From a virus (taxonomy: Duplodnaviria; Caudoviricetes): 64,000 bases of DNA. The notes beneath the pieces are model-generated. The model saw only the letters and a program-made list of their open reading frames with translations, did no database searches and was not told where the DNA came from. The DNA lies in the IMG/VR virus record IMGVR_UViG_3300033757_000347. The stretch is one strand, 5' to 3'. Below, in pieces: positions 37,985 to 47,585 of the stretch. Numbering within the stretch: position 1 is the stretch's first letter; every line of letters starts with the position of its first letter. A program made the translations under genes and the position numbers.

Positions 37985-38306
37985 CATAAGCATCAACGGT
38001 AAAGTGTACGTTGGAAACAGCATACACATCTCTAATAACAGAGTGGTGATCGACGGTATCGATCAAACTCCTGATTCTAAAAACATTAACATCGTTGTTG
38101 AAGGAAACGTTGCAACTCTGGAAGCAGACGTTTGCGACACGGTAACGGTAAACGAGCACGTCGGCTCAATCTCAACACAGACCGGAGATGTTGAAGTTTC
38201 AGGTAACGTTTCTGGCGACATAAAAACTCAGACCGGAGACGTGAAGTGTGAAGCTGTCGGCGGAAACGTGAAAACCCAAACGGGCGACATAAAATATCGA
38301 AAGTAA
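37977..38306 (+). CDS. beta-strand repeat protein (DUF4097-like)
   Basis: TQTGD x3. Confidence 0.7.
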   Translation: MASISINGKVYVGNSIHISNNRVVIDGIDQTPDSKNINIVVEGNVATLEADVCDTVTVNEHVGSISTQTGDVEVSGNVSGDIKTQTGDVKCEAVGGNVKTQTGDIKYRK

Positions 38307-38588
38307 ATGGCTAATTACACCAAACCTCACGATGACAATCACGAAGATTCTCCGCAGGATTGGTTAAACTCTGCTCTAACTTTTGCTAGAGCACTTGGCC
38401 TGATATTAAAAGAAACGGAGGGCGTGATAGTGGACGTCTCTGGAGACATGCAGTTCGAAGGAAACCCTCAAAAATTGATAGTCTTCAAGAAAGACAACAT
38501 GATCCGAATAATTGCAGCAGACGAACAAGCCGACAATGTTCCGGAAGGAACTCTCATTTGGATGCACGAATCATTTTCAAAAAATTAA
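38307..38588 (+). CDS. hypothetical protein
   Basis: ORF track. Confidence 0.65.
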   Translation: MANYTKPHDDNHEDSPQDWLNSALTFARALGLILKETEGVIVDVSGDMQFEGNPQKLIVFKKDNMIRIIAADEQADNVPEGTLIWMHESFSKN

Positions 38589-38592
38589 AAGC

Positions 38593-38865
38593 ATGAAAAA
38601 AATCGCATTCTTTATCCTAGCTATTTTTACGATAGTATCTGTTAGCTGTTGCGCTCCTCCAAAAACGGTTGACCCAGAAAAAACCGTCTCCGATAAAACA
38701 ACGGTTCGCGAGTACAAAGTCGGAAACTTCGGTATGTACGAAGTCGTTGAAATAGAAGGTTGTGAGTACGTTGTGTACGACGGCTTTGAAGCTGGCGGCA
38801 TAACTCACAAAGGAAACTGCAAGTACTGCGAGCAGAAACGAAAAGAGCAGCTGAGGTACCAGTAA
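38593..38865 (+). CDS. lipoprotein (EGCEY...HKGNCK family)
   Basis: VSVSC lipobox. Confidence 0.7.
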   Translation: MKKIAFFILAIFTIVSVSCCAPPKTVDPEKTVSDKTTVREYKVGNFGMYEVVEIEGCEYVVYDGFEAGGITHKGNCKYCEQKRKEQLRYQ

Positions 38866-38880
38866 AATAATCAAACCAAA

Positions 38881-39114
38881 ATGGTAGATTTTGTAATTCA
38901 ATTCCTTGCAACAACCCTGCTATTAGTGGGATTGTGGATAATGGGAAACAAAAAATTGATCGGTGTGCTGATGGTAGTCGTTGCAGAGGTATTTACGACA
39001 ATGGTAGGTATCATGTACGGAACTTGGAGCATCATCGTGATCGGAGTTTGCTTAACTGTCGTTCAAGGAAGAAACTTCATCAAGTGGAGAAAAGAAAAAA
39101 CGCCCTGGTGGTAA
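38881..39114 (+). CDS. small membrane protein (PnuC-like half)
   Basis: Three hydrophobic helices ending in KW. Confidence 0.55.
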   Translation: MVDFVIQFLATTLLLVGLWIMGNKKLIGVLMVVVAEVFTTMVGIMYGTWSIIVIGVCLTVVQGRNFIKWRKEKTPWW

Positions 39115-39123
39115 GATAATAAT

Positions 39124-40521
39124 ATGCAGCAACAGATAATTAACAAGACCGTTTCTCAATACTTAGACGAGGATTACGCTCTGTACGGAATGTACACTCT
39201 GGAGAACAGAGCTATTCCGTCGGTCATAGACGGTTTCAAGCCAACTCAGCGCAAGATCATATACGTCGCCGACCGAGTTTGGAGGTCCGGTAACGAGAAG
39301 CCGCTCAAGATATTCCAGCTAGGAGGAAAGATTGCATCGGAAGCTCACTATCACCACGGTGACGGTAGCTTGAACGTTGCTATCGTTGGAATGGCCCAAT
39401 CGTTCAAGAACTCGTTACCTCTTCTCGAAGAGATCGGTCAGTTCGGTTCGCTGAGGTCTCCTGAAGCCGGTGCGCCAAGGTACATCTCAACCAAAACTAC
39501 TAAGAACTTCCGGCTTCTTTACAAGGATTTCGAGCTCCTCGAAAATCAGATCGACGAGGGAGACGAGATAGAACCAAAGTACTTCCTTCCGATCATACCG
39601 ACAGTCCTTCTCAACGGTAGTTCTGGGATCGCTGTCGGGTTTGCCACCAACATACTGAATAGGAATCCAATCGACCTTATCGATGCGTGCCTGAGAGTGT
39701 TGGATGGGAAACCTGTTGGAAAGCTTTTACCGTGGTGGAGAGATTACAGCGGAAGAGTTGAACAAGTCGACAGCACCAACCAGTACATCATGCACGGTTC
39801 GTACAGAGTGCTGAACACAACGACTGTGGAAGTAACTGAGCTGCCTCCGTCGATAACGTTTGCTAAGTACGAAGCTCACCTGAACTCTCTTCTCGAGCGA
39901 GGCATCATCTACAATTACGAGGACAATTCTTCGAGCGGGATAAATTACGTCATAAAATTCTCTAGAGCTACTCTAGCTAAGCTAATGTCGAAAGGTCGGT
40001 TGGAAAGCACGCTGAAGATGCTGGAAACCGAGACCGAAAATTTGACCTGCTTGAACGAGCACGGAAAACTCATAGAGTTCAGCACAGTGCCGGAAGTCGT
40101 AGAGTACTTCACAAAGTTTCGTCTCTCGTTCTACGACAAGAGGAAAGCTTACTTGATCGATAAGTACAACCGAGAACTAAAAGTTCTTAGCAACCGTGCA
40201 AGGTTCGTAAAGAGCATAATAGAAAAGAAACTGACCATTAACAACGTTCCAAAAGCTCAGATCGTTCTTTACTTGGAAACGGCTAACTTTGATGAGATCG
40301 ACGGATCCTATTCCTACTTGCTGAACATGCCGATCCACTCTCTTACTAAGGAAACCTACGAACAGTTGCTAAAGGAAGTTGAGGACAAAAAAGTTGAGAT
40401 AGCTGAGATCTCCAAACGTCAGCCTATCGACATGTACAGGGAAGACCTTCTGAAGCTGAAGCAGACGCTAAGGTCGGAAGAAAATTCAACTGACCATACC
40501 CGAAAAAGAAAGGTAAAATAG
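39124..40521 (+). CDS. type IIA DNA topoisomerase, breakage-reunion subunit (T4 gp52/GyrA-like)
   Basis: RAIPSVIDGFKPTQRK, YHHGD, APRY catalytic Tyr, NGSSGIAVG. Confidence 0.95.
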   Translation: MQQQIINKTVSQYLDEDYALYGMYTLENRAIPSVIDGFKPTQRKIIYVADRVWRSGNEKPLKIFQLGGKIASEAHYHHGDGSLNVAIVGMAQSFKNSLPLLEEIGQFGSLRSPEAGAPRYISTKTTKNFRLLYKDFELLENQIDEGDEIEPKYFLPIIPTVLLNGSSGIAVGFATNILNRNPIDLIDACLRVLDGKPVGKLLPWWRDYSGRVEQVDSTNQYIMHGSYRVLNTTTVEVTELPPSITFAKYEAHLNSLLERGIIYNYEDNSSSGINYVIKFSRATLAKLMSKGRLESTLKMLETETENLTCLNEHGKLIEFSTVPEVVEYFTKFRLSFYDKRKAYLIDKYNRELKVLSNRARFVKSIIEKKLTINNVPKAQIVLYLETANFDEIDGSYSYLLNMPIHSLTKETYEQLLKEVEDKKVEIAEISKRQPIDMYREDLLKLKQTLRSEENSTDHTRKRKVK

Positions 40522-40525
40522 CAAC

Positions 40526-40714
40526 ATGCACACACTAGGTTACGCTTGCATCAACACAGCTCTATCAGCTAACGGACTGTCAGTCAACCGCGGAATGATT
40601 CGCCGGACTTTCGACAGCAAGGGTTTACCTTGGTGCGGTGAGCTAGCCGAAAAAAATTTGATCGACCTTCTTTCTGTCCTTACTTGGAACTACAACAATG
40701 GCATCCGATCCTGA
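40526..40714 (+). pseudogene. uvsE: truncated UV-damage endonuclease (UvsE/UVDE) N-terminus
   Basis: LGYACIN...R.M.R...NL.DL..L.WN...GI, then an early stop. Confidence 0.65.
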
Positions 40715-40809
40715 ACCAGCTTACTTGGAAATAAGCAACACTTACACTTTCTGGGTGGTAGCAACGGACATGAACAAAAAAGTGTTAGTTCCAAAATAAT
40801 CAGACAAAT

Positions 40810-41745
40810 ATGTACAAGATTTTTTCGGTAGACGGATCCTCACTAGCTGAGGGAATATGCGAGGAGCTTGGGTGCGAGCTCGGAAAGTTTAAGATCGACA
40901 AATTTTCCGACGGAGAGTTGAGCCCGCAATTTTTAGAGTCCGTCCGAGAAAAGAAAGTTTTCCTGGTTTCCAGCACAGTCACAGCAGAAAAGATAGTAGC
41001 AATGCTGCTCAGCATTGATGCTGCAAAAAGAGCTTCAGCTTCGGAAATAATCATGGTCATACCGTATTTCGGGTATTCACGGCAGGACAGAAAAGAGGGC
41101 GCTAGGGGTGCCATCGGAGCAAAGCTTATGGCTGATTTATTTCAAGCAGCGGGTGCAAACCGACTCATCTGCATCGATCTTCACTCTGAGCAGATACAAG
41201 GTTTCTTCAACATTCCAGTGAACCTTATACCTGGAAGCTTTGCGTTCAGCAAGTTCAGCAAAAAATTACCAGACGACGAGTACTGCGTCTGTTCACCCGA
41301 TGCAGGTGGGGTAAAGAGAGCTATGCGGTTTTACCAGAGGTTTCTTCGTCGCTTTCCTAGCGCAACGTTTGCAATGATGTCGAAGATCAGAACTCGTCCC
41401 AACGAGATCGAAAGAATGGACCTGATAGGAGAAGTAGAAGGAAAGCACGTTCTGCTGTTAGACGATATGGTGGACACGGGAGGGACTCTGATAAAAGCAG
41501 CCGAGCTCCTCAAGGCTGGAGGAGCTCGCAAAGTAACTGCTCTAATTTCTCACGGAGTTCTGTCAGGTAATGGTCACGAAAAGATAGCAAAGTCAGAGCA
41601 TTTGGACCAGCTCGTCATAACCGATTCAGTTCAACAGCCGGCAAATCCAAAGATAGAAGTGGTTAGCTGCGTTCACTCGTTGGCAGCAGCAATAGAAGCT
41701 GTGATCAACAAGATTTCCATGGACGAGCGGTTAGACCGCCTTTAG
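40810..41745 (+). CDS. prs: ribose-phosphate pyrophosphokinase
   Basis: FSDGE, PYFGYSRQDR, DLHSEQIQGFF, SPDAGG, LDDMVDTGGT. Confidence 0.93.
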   Translation: MYKIFSVDGSSLAEGICEELGCELGKFKIDKFSDGELSPQFLESVREKKVFLVSSTVTAEKIVAMLLSIDAAKRASASEIIMVIPYFGYSRQDRKEGARGAIGAKLMADLFQAAGANRLICIDLHSEQIQGFFNIPVNLIPGSFAFSKFSKKLPDDEYCVCSPDAGGVKRAMRFYQRFLRRFPSATFAMMSKIRTRPNEIERMDLIGEVEGKHVLLLDDMVDTGGTLIKAAELLKAGGARKVTALISHGVLSGNGHEKIAKSEHLDQLVITDSVQQPANPKIEVVSCVHSLAAAIEAVINKISMDERLDRL

Positions 41746-42396
41746 CATAGCGATCAATTTTGGCTGAGGAGATAGGTCGTTCTTGTCCTTGCGAACAGAC
41801 GTGTGCGCGTAAAATCCAGGTTCTCCTCTGAGAGCTCGAACGTTAACGTCCCAGATGTCGTCAGAGTACTTGTAATCCCTTCCGTAACGCTGTTCCCAGA
41901 ATTTCATTAGTTCGTACAAACTTTCGATCTGAGCATCTGTGTAAGCGTGGTAGTACTTGTACCCACGGTAAGGAACGTCAAGTTCGCATACTTCGTCAAA
42001 CGGAACAACTCGGTTGACGTAATTCCTAAACTTTCCGTCCGTCCCCTTCGTCAGTTGACCCCAGTTACAAATTTCGACAGCGATACTGTTCTTGTCCAAG
42101 GATTTGTACGGCAGCCCGTAAAAATCGAAGATCTCTTCCTTTAAACCAAGGTGGTAAGCCCAGTACTTTGACGAGAAACCCTGAACGATCTCCCCGTCCT
42201 TCCAATTTCCGGTACTTCCAGGTTTTCCTCCTATTGCTATGCAAGTAGCTATTCTTTCAGGCGTGCTTGCCCACCACTCAAACGTCGCGAACGGATTTGG
42301 GTTTCCAGCGGTGTGGTGAAGGTACAGCTGAGTCTTGGTCGTTTCCTGTTTAATGTACTGATTGTCGGGAAACGGGTATTGCGTGATCGGTTTCAT
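41731..42396 (-). CDS. N-acetylmuramoyl-L-alanine amidase (endolysin)
   Basis: LHHTAG, WAYH, SIAVEICN, AQIESL, H...KND. Confidence 0.88.
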   Translation of the reverse strand: MKPITQYPFPDNQYIKQETTKTQLYLHHTAGNPNPFATFEWWASTPERIATCIAIGGKPGSTGNWKDGEIVQGFSSKYWAYHLGLKEEIFDFYGLPYKSLDKNSIAVEICNWGQLTKGTDGKFRNYVNRVVPFDEVCELDVPYRGYKYYHAYTDAQIESLYELMKFWEQRYGRDYKYSDDIWDVNVRALRGEPGFYAHTSVRKDKNDLSPQPKLIAMLKAV

Positions 42397-42706
42397 ATTT
42401 TTCTCATTTTTTGTTATTTATTTCAAACCAAATGTAGTCTTGGCAGTATAAATAACCTTGAAATCTACTCAAAATTCTTTCAGATGATCATACTAATTAA
42501 ATCAACCGATCGAGCACACTTACCTAAGCTCGGGTTAGATCATCTGATAATCACAGAAATACGTTGCCTCACTTAATTCAGAAAGCGGGAGACCAAAGTC
42601 AAAATTCACCTCTGAAACACGGTCAAACACTTAGCTGAGAGCAACAGCTATCTAAACTGAGACGGATTTCGAAACTGATTGATACTTAAAAAAATAATTC
42701 AAAAAT

Positions 42707-43423
42707 ATGGAATTGTCAAACCAGATACTCAGCGACATCACAGTATACATGAAGTACGCCAGGTATTCGAACGAGCACAAGAGGAGAGAAACTTGGGAAG
42801 AGCTCGTAACCAGAAACATGGAAATGCACATACGGAAGTACCCAGACCTAGAAGAAGAAATTCGAAAAAATTACCAGCTTGTGTACGATCGAAAGGTTCT
42901 GCCTTCGATGAGGTCGTTGCAGTTCGGTGGAAAACCGATCGAAATATCTCCAAACAGAATTTACAACTGCGCGTACTTGCCGATAGACGATTGGCGAGCG
43001 TTTAGCGAAATAATGTTTCTCCTGTTGGGAGGATGCTTTTCTGAAGATACCGAAATAATAACAGCAGCTGGAAAAAAGCAAATCAAAGATGTAACCGTCA
43101 ACGATAAGGTGTTAACTTTTGATACTGATACTAAAACGTACCAGTACGTAACTCCATTTTGTGTACTTCAAACTCCTTCAGAAAACAAGGATAAATTTGA
43201 ATTAACATTTAGTGATGGCTCAATTGTTAAATGCACAGAAGATCATAAATTCTTAACGAAAAATAGAGGATGGGTAGAAGCTAAGAATTTAGACGAAGAC
43301 GACGAAATTGAAGAGTTTATCGGCCAAGAGGCTAATTTTTTAGAATTTTCTGCAGCTGAAATAGAGAGTGAATACAAACATGTTTTTCAAGCATTATCTA
43401 ATTTGCATCAGCTACTTGGATAA
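42707..43423 (+). CDS. nrdJ: class II ribonucleotide reductase, piece 1 (109-aa extein + split intein 1 N-half)
   Basis: KYAR, RETW, VLPSMR, YNCAY, LLLGG|CFSEDTEI..CTEDHKF..RGWVEA. Confidence 0.92.
   Translation: MELSNQILSDITVYMKYARYSNEHKRRETWEELVTRNMEMHIRKYPDLEEEIRKNYQLVYDRKVLPSMRSLQFGGKPIEISPNRIYNCAYLPIDDWRAFSEIMFLLLGGCFSEDTEIITAAGKKQIKDVTVNDKVLTFDTDTKTYQYVTPFCVLQTPSENKDKFELTFSDGSIVKCTEDHKFLTKNRGWVEAKNLDEDDEIEEFIGQEANFLEFSAAEIESEYKHVFQALSNLHQLLG
43034..43420 (+). other. split intein 1, N-half (129 aa)
   Basis: Block A CFSEDT, block B CTEDH. Confidence 0.9.
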
Positions 43424-43447
43424 ATAAAAATAAATAATCCAAGAAGA

Positions 43448-44599
43448 ATGAATCGAAACCCAAGATCAAATCAATATTATTTAGATCGCGGTTATGTATT
43501 TAGCGAAGCGGTTAAATTAGCCGAAACGTTTGATGGAACTAATAAAGTAGATGACCACATTCAGAGAATAGTAGGATATGATCGTTGGAAACAAGTTAGA
43601 TACACAAATTGCTCACTAAAAAAGGAAAATCAAATTAAAAAATATGGTCTTTCTGAGTATGAAAAAAGGAAAGCCTCTTTTGCTAAGGCATTAGACCATA
43701 CTAGAGAAAACAGTATCAATACTTGGGTAAATCGTGGATATTCTATACACGAAGCCAAAGCAATTGTTTCTAAAATACAAAGAACTCGGTCTAAGCGATG
43801 TGTTGAATATTGGACAATAAAAGGGTATACCATTAATGAAGCAGTTTTGATGGTAAGCGAAAGTCAATCCATAACTAGTAAAAAGAGCTTCTTGACTCGA
43901 TACGGTGATGAGGTAGGCTCCATTAAATACGTCAATTACATTAAAAAACTTAAAGAAGTTTCACAATTTGGAATCAGCTATTGGCTAAATAAACATGACG
44001 GCAACTCGGATAAAGCAATCGAATCTTTATTTCAATATCAAAGCAAAAATGGATTCAGTCAACGGGGTTCCAAAAAATATTGGCTGAGTTTAGGATATGA
44101 TGATGAATCTGCTGAACAAGCAAGTTTACATTTTTCAAGGAAACGGTCATCCTGGTGTTATGAGTATTGGTTAGATAAGGGCTTTTTGTACAACGAAGCA
44201 ATTGACATAGTCAAGAATATTCAATCAAAAAATGCTAGACTTCGAAAATTTCTTAATTTTTCTAAACTGGAAAAAGAAGTAATATCCGAATTACGAGAAA
44301 TGCATCCAACTTTAACATTTTTAGAAAATGAAATTGTAATTGATAACGGGGCTAGAATATTTCCAGATATTGTAATTAAAGAGTTAAATACCGTTATTGA
44401 AGTGTATGGAGATTTTTGGCATGCAAATCCAAGACAATACAAAACTGACCAATACATGCACTCGGGAATGCTAGCAAAAGAGATATGGGAAAAAGATAAA
44501 GTTCGACTTGACCTCTTAAAAAAATCGTACGATAATATCATCGTACTTTGGGAAAGTGACATTAAAAAAAATGGAATAGCTAGTGTTAAAATTAATTAA
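43448..44599 (+). CDS. free-standing Vsr-like/EDxHD-type homing endonuclease with N-terminal repeats
   Basis: SKLE, FPD, IEVYGDFWH, KD..R, WE; repeated YW..KGY...EA. Confidence 0.8.
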   Translation: MNRNPRSNQYYLDRGYVFSEAVKLAETFDGTNKVDDHIQRIVGYDRWKQVRYTNCSLKKENQIKKYGLSEYEKRKASFAKALDHTRENSINTWVNRGYSIHEAKAIVSKIQRTRSKRCVEYWTIKGYTINEAVLMVSESQSITSKKSFLTRYGDEVGSIKYVNYIKKLKEVSQFGISYWLNKHDGNSDKAIESLFQYQSKNGFSQRGSKKYWLSLGYDDESAEQASLHFSRKRSSWCYEYWLDKGFLYNEAIDIVKNIQSKNARLRKFLNFSKLEKEVISELREMHPTLTFLENEIVIDNGARIFPDIVIKELNTVIEVYGDFWHANPRQYKTDQYMHSGMLAKEIWEKDKVRLDLLKKSYDNIIVLWESDIKKNGIASVKIN

Positions 44600-44693
44600 A
44601 AAAGTAAGAATTGAAGAAAAAGTAAGATATTGGGATATGTCTATTCCCAAAACTCATAATTATGTTTTGGGTAATGGTGCAGTTGTTCATAAT
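44583..44693 (+). other. split intein 1, C-half (37 aa)
   Basis: Blocks F/G ending HN, +1 Thr. Confidence 0.9.
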
Positions 44694-45611
44694 ACGGGAG
44701 TAGGATTTAGCGTTCAAAAGCACCACGTTGAAAACTTGCCAGAAATCACAAAGCCTAATCACAACCGGCGTAGAAGGTTTCTGATAGGCGATAGCATCGA
44801 GGGTTGGGCAGATTCTATAAAAGTTCTGATGAAGTCTTACTTCTTCGGTGGGTCGGCTATCGATTTTGATTTCAGAGACATTCGGCCTAAGGGCGCTAGG
44901 CTGGTAACTTCCGGTGGAAAAGCTCCAGGACCTCAACCTCTAAAAGAGTGCTTGGTAAAGATCGAAGGTTTACTATCTCAGAAAGAGAATGGCGACAAGC
45001 TGAAACCTATCGAAGTTCACGATATCGTCTGCTACATAGCTGACGCTGTTCTAGCCGGAGGAATTCGCAGAGCTGCTCTTATCAGCTTGTTCAGCGCGGA
45101 CGACGACGAGATGATTTCTGCCAAGACCGGCTCGTGGTGGGAACTTAACCCACAGAGAGGTAGAGCTAACAATTCTGCGGTTCTTCTTCGCAACATAATA
45201 ACCAGAGAATTTTTCATGGACATGTGGGCAAAGATAGAAGCGTCGGGTTCGGGAGAACCTGGAATATATTTTAGCAACGACAAAGATTGGGGGACTAACC
45301 CATGCTGCTTGAGCGGAGATACTCTCATTCAAACCAAGAACGGAGAGATACCGATCAGAGAATTAGTAAATCTTCATAAAAAAACCGGATCCTGCCCAAA
45401 GGTCTGGACGTATGATGAAAAAACCGCAACTCGAGAGCTCATGTCTATAGAAGCTGCTGATTTAACCAGACAAAACGCCGAACTCATAAAGCTCGAGTTG
45501 GAAAATGGATCGATCATAAAATTGACTCCAGATCACCAAGTGTACACCAAAAACAGAGGTTACGTTGAGGCTGCTAAACTTACGGAGGACGATGAACTAT
45601 TAATGTGGTAG
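44583..45611 (+). CDS. nrdJ: class II RNR piece 2 (intein 1 C-half + 204-aa extein + intein 2 N-half)
   Basis: GTG start; WDMSIPKTHNY..VVHN|TGVGFS, GGIRRAA, TNPC|CLSGDT..LTPDHQ. Confidence 0.92.
   Translation: MLKLIKKVRIEEKVRYWDMSIPKTHNYVLGNGAVVHNTGVGFSVQKHHVENLPEITKPNHNRRRRFLIGDSIEGWADSIKVLMKSYFFGGSAIDFDFRDIRPKGARLVTSGGKAPGPQPLKECLVKIEGLLSQKENGDKLKPIEVHDIVCYIADAVLAGGIRRAALISLFSADDDEMISAKTGSWWELNPQRGRANNSAVLLRNIITREFFMDMWAKIEASGSGEPGIYFSNDKDWGTNPCCLSGDTLIQTKNGEIPIRELVNLHKKTGSCPKVWTYDEKTATRELMSIEAADLTRQNAELIKLELENGSIIKLTPDHQVYTKNRGYVEAAKLTEDDELLMW
45306..45608 (+). other. split intein 2, N-half (101 aa)
   Basis: CLSGDT, LTPDH. Confidence 0.9.
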
Positions 45612-45646
45612 ACCCGTATAAATAAAATAAACACACGGGTTCAATC

Positions 45647-46480
45647 ATGAAAATGTCCAACGTAACGGAGATTTTGTCTCTTTCAAAAAAGGAATTGCGA
45701 TCAAAGATAGAAAGAGATGGGTTTATGAATGAATATTTAGACTTCAGAAAAACTCAAGTATCTAAGTTTTCTGTAGTTTATAAAGAGTTCATGATAAAAA
45801 AATACGTTACTGTTGAACAGATACAGTGGCTAACTAAAAAGTACAATGATGGTCATGGTCTTAAATCAATCGCCAGCGAATTACAATCGTCATATACTTT
45901 AATTAGACAACTTTTTAAGTATCTGAACATCCCAATCAGACACGGATATAACGTCGTGACTGGCGAGTTACGCACTAAAAGAGCTAACAAGTGTCAGATG
46001 GAAATGAATACTAAAACTGGATGGTTTTCAGACACAGTGAGACAAAATATAGCAATAAAAAATAAAACCAATCGCGGGGTTCAGGGATGGTATTTCAATC
46101 GGTCTATGGATAAGTGGGTATGGTTGCGAAGTACGTATGAGTACATATACGCCAAATGGTTGGACCGAACTCATCAAGTATGGGATACAGAAGTAAAAAA
46201 ATACACGTTATCAAATGGAAAAGAGTATAGACCTGACTTCTTTATTTACGAAAACGGTGAAATATCGAAGATACTTGAAGTAAAAGGATTCTTTGATCCT
46301 CTCGCGTATAAAGCAGAATTATTGAATTCTGATATAAACGTATCTGTGATTTTGCTGAACTTTACAAATTCATCAATATCAACGTACTGCGAATCTGGAT
46401 CGAATTACATATCCGAATTGAAAGAATGGAAAAAAATACGAAAGATAAATGAAAATAAAAAGAATAACTGTGGAAGTTAA
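45647..46480 (+). CDS. free-standing PD-(D/E)XK endonuclease
   Basis: LRSTYE..AKWLD, YRPDF, EVKG. Confidence 0.8.
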   Translation: MKMSNVTEILSLSKKELRSKIERDGFMNEYLDFRKTQVSKFSVVYKEFMIKKYVTVEQIQWLTKKYNDGHGLKSIASELQSSYTLIRQLFKYLNIPIRHGYNVVTGELRTKRANKCQMEMNTKTGWFSDTVRQNIAIKNKTNRGVQGWYFNRSMDKWVWLRSTYEYIYAKWLDRTHQVWDTEVKKYTLSNGKEYRPDFFIYENGEISKILEVKGFFDPLAYKAELLNSDINVSVILLNFTNSSISTYCESGSNYISELKEWKKIRKINENKKNNCGS

Positions 46481-46550
46481 CGAGGATGTTTATGATATTC
46501 AAGTTGAAAAAAATCATAACTTCTTTGCTAACAATATATTAGTGCATAAT
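46449..46550 (+). other. split intein 2, C-half (34 aa)
   Basis: VYD..HN, +1 Cys. Confidence 0.9.
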
Positions 46551-47531
46551 TGCGAAATTTCCCTAAGACCTTTTCAGTTCTGCAACCTTTGCGAGGTCAA
46601 TGCTTCTGACGTTGAATCGCAGGAAGACTTGAACTCTCGCGTAAAAGCAGCGGCCTTCATCGGAACTCTTCAAGCTGGGTACACCGAGTTTCATTACCTT
46701 AGAACAAACTGGCAGAGAACCACGGAAAAGGAAGCTCTCATCGGAGTTGGTATGACCGGCATCGGGTCGGGCGCTGCTCAAAAATTTGATCTAGCTGAAG
46801 CTGCTAACGAGGTAAAGGCAGAAAACGAGAGAGTAGCTAAGATGATTGGTATAAATTCCGCGGCAAGGTGCACTACCATAAAACCCAGCGGAACTTCGAG
46901 CCTCGTTCTTGGAACTTCGTCCGGCATACACGCTTGGCACAACCCTTACTACATTCGCAGGATAAGAGTTGGCAAGAATGAATCGATCTACACTCACCTG
47001 TCAATCTATCACCCAGAACTCCTCGAAGATGATTTCTTTAGGCCTCACGATACGGCTATCATATCCGTTCCGCAGAAAGCGCCGGAAGGTTCGGTCTTTA
47101 GAACCGAAACAGCTATAGAGTTGCTGGAAAGAATCAAGCGGTTCTACAGCGATTGGATAAAACCTGGACACAGGTCTGGGCAGAACACTCACAACATATC
47201 TGCAACCGTTTCGATCGACAAGAATCGTCGCTACGTTTACAAGTGGAAGCACAAGCTCGAACTGACGGACGATCCAAACGGAGTGGACGAGTGGCAAGCA
47301 GTTGGAAACTGGATGTGGGAAAACCGCAAGTTTTACAACGGAATAGCAGTCCTGCCTTACGATGGAGGGACTTACGTCCAGCCTCCTTTCGAGGATTGCA
47401 CTGAGGAAAAGTATCACGAAATGATGGATCACCTGTCTAAAGTTGACCTCACAAAAGTGGTAGAAATGGAAGACTTGACCGACCTCAAAGGCGAACTCGC
47501 CTGTGTAGGTAATTCTTGTACAGTAGTTTAG
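46449..47531 (+). CDS. nrdJ: class II RNR piece 3 (intein 2 C-half + 326-aa extein)
   Basis: VYDIQVEKNHNFFANNILVHN|CEISL, CNL, TIKPSGT, YVQPPFE, C-terminal CVGNSC. Confidence 0.93.
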   Translation: MKIKRITVEVNEDVYDIQVEKNHNFFANNILVHNCEISLRPFQFCNLCEVNASDVESQEDLNSRVKAAAFIGTLQAGYTEFHYLRTNWQRTTEKEALIGVGMTGIGSGAAQKFDLAEAANEVKAENERVAKMIGINSAARCTTIKPSGTSSLVLGTSSGIHAWHNPYYIRRIRVGKNESIYTHLSIYHPELLEDDFFRPHDTAIISVPQKAPEGSVFRTETAIELLERIKRFYSDWIKPGHRSGQNTHNISATVSIDKNRRYVYKWKHKLELTDDPNGVDEWQAVGNWMWENRKFYNGIAVLPYDGGTYVQPPFEDCTEEKYHEMMDHLSKVDLTKVVEMEDLTDLKGELACVGNSCTVV

Positions 47532-47553
47532 TTATTACTTATTTTCGCAAGCG

Positions 47554-47585
47554 TTGCCGTGATAAATACAATAAAATCACGGCAA
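47554..47585 (+). promoter_or_regulatory. late promoter GATAAATA inside a 10-bp hairpin that reaches the start codon
   Basis: TTGCCGTGAT...ATCACGGCAA. Confidence 0.75.

Noticed and set aside
40810-41745. Prs as NARP1 Adps (NAD reconstitution)
   Set aside because: It looks like canonical Prs and no Namat/NAMPT-like partner is in the window; the rest of the genome should be checked
43424-46448. Group I introns in nrdJ
   Set aside because: No room for intron cores around the endonuclease ORFs, and the flanks are intein blocks
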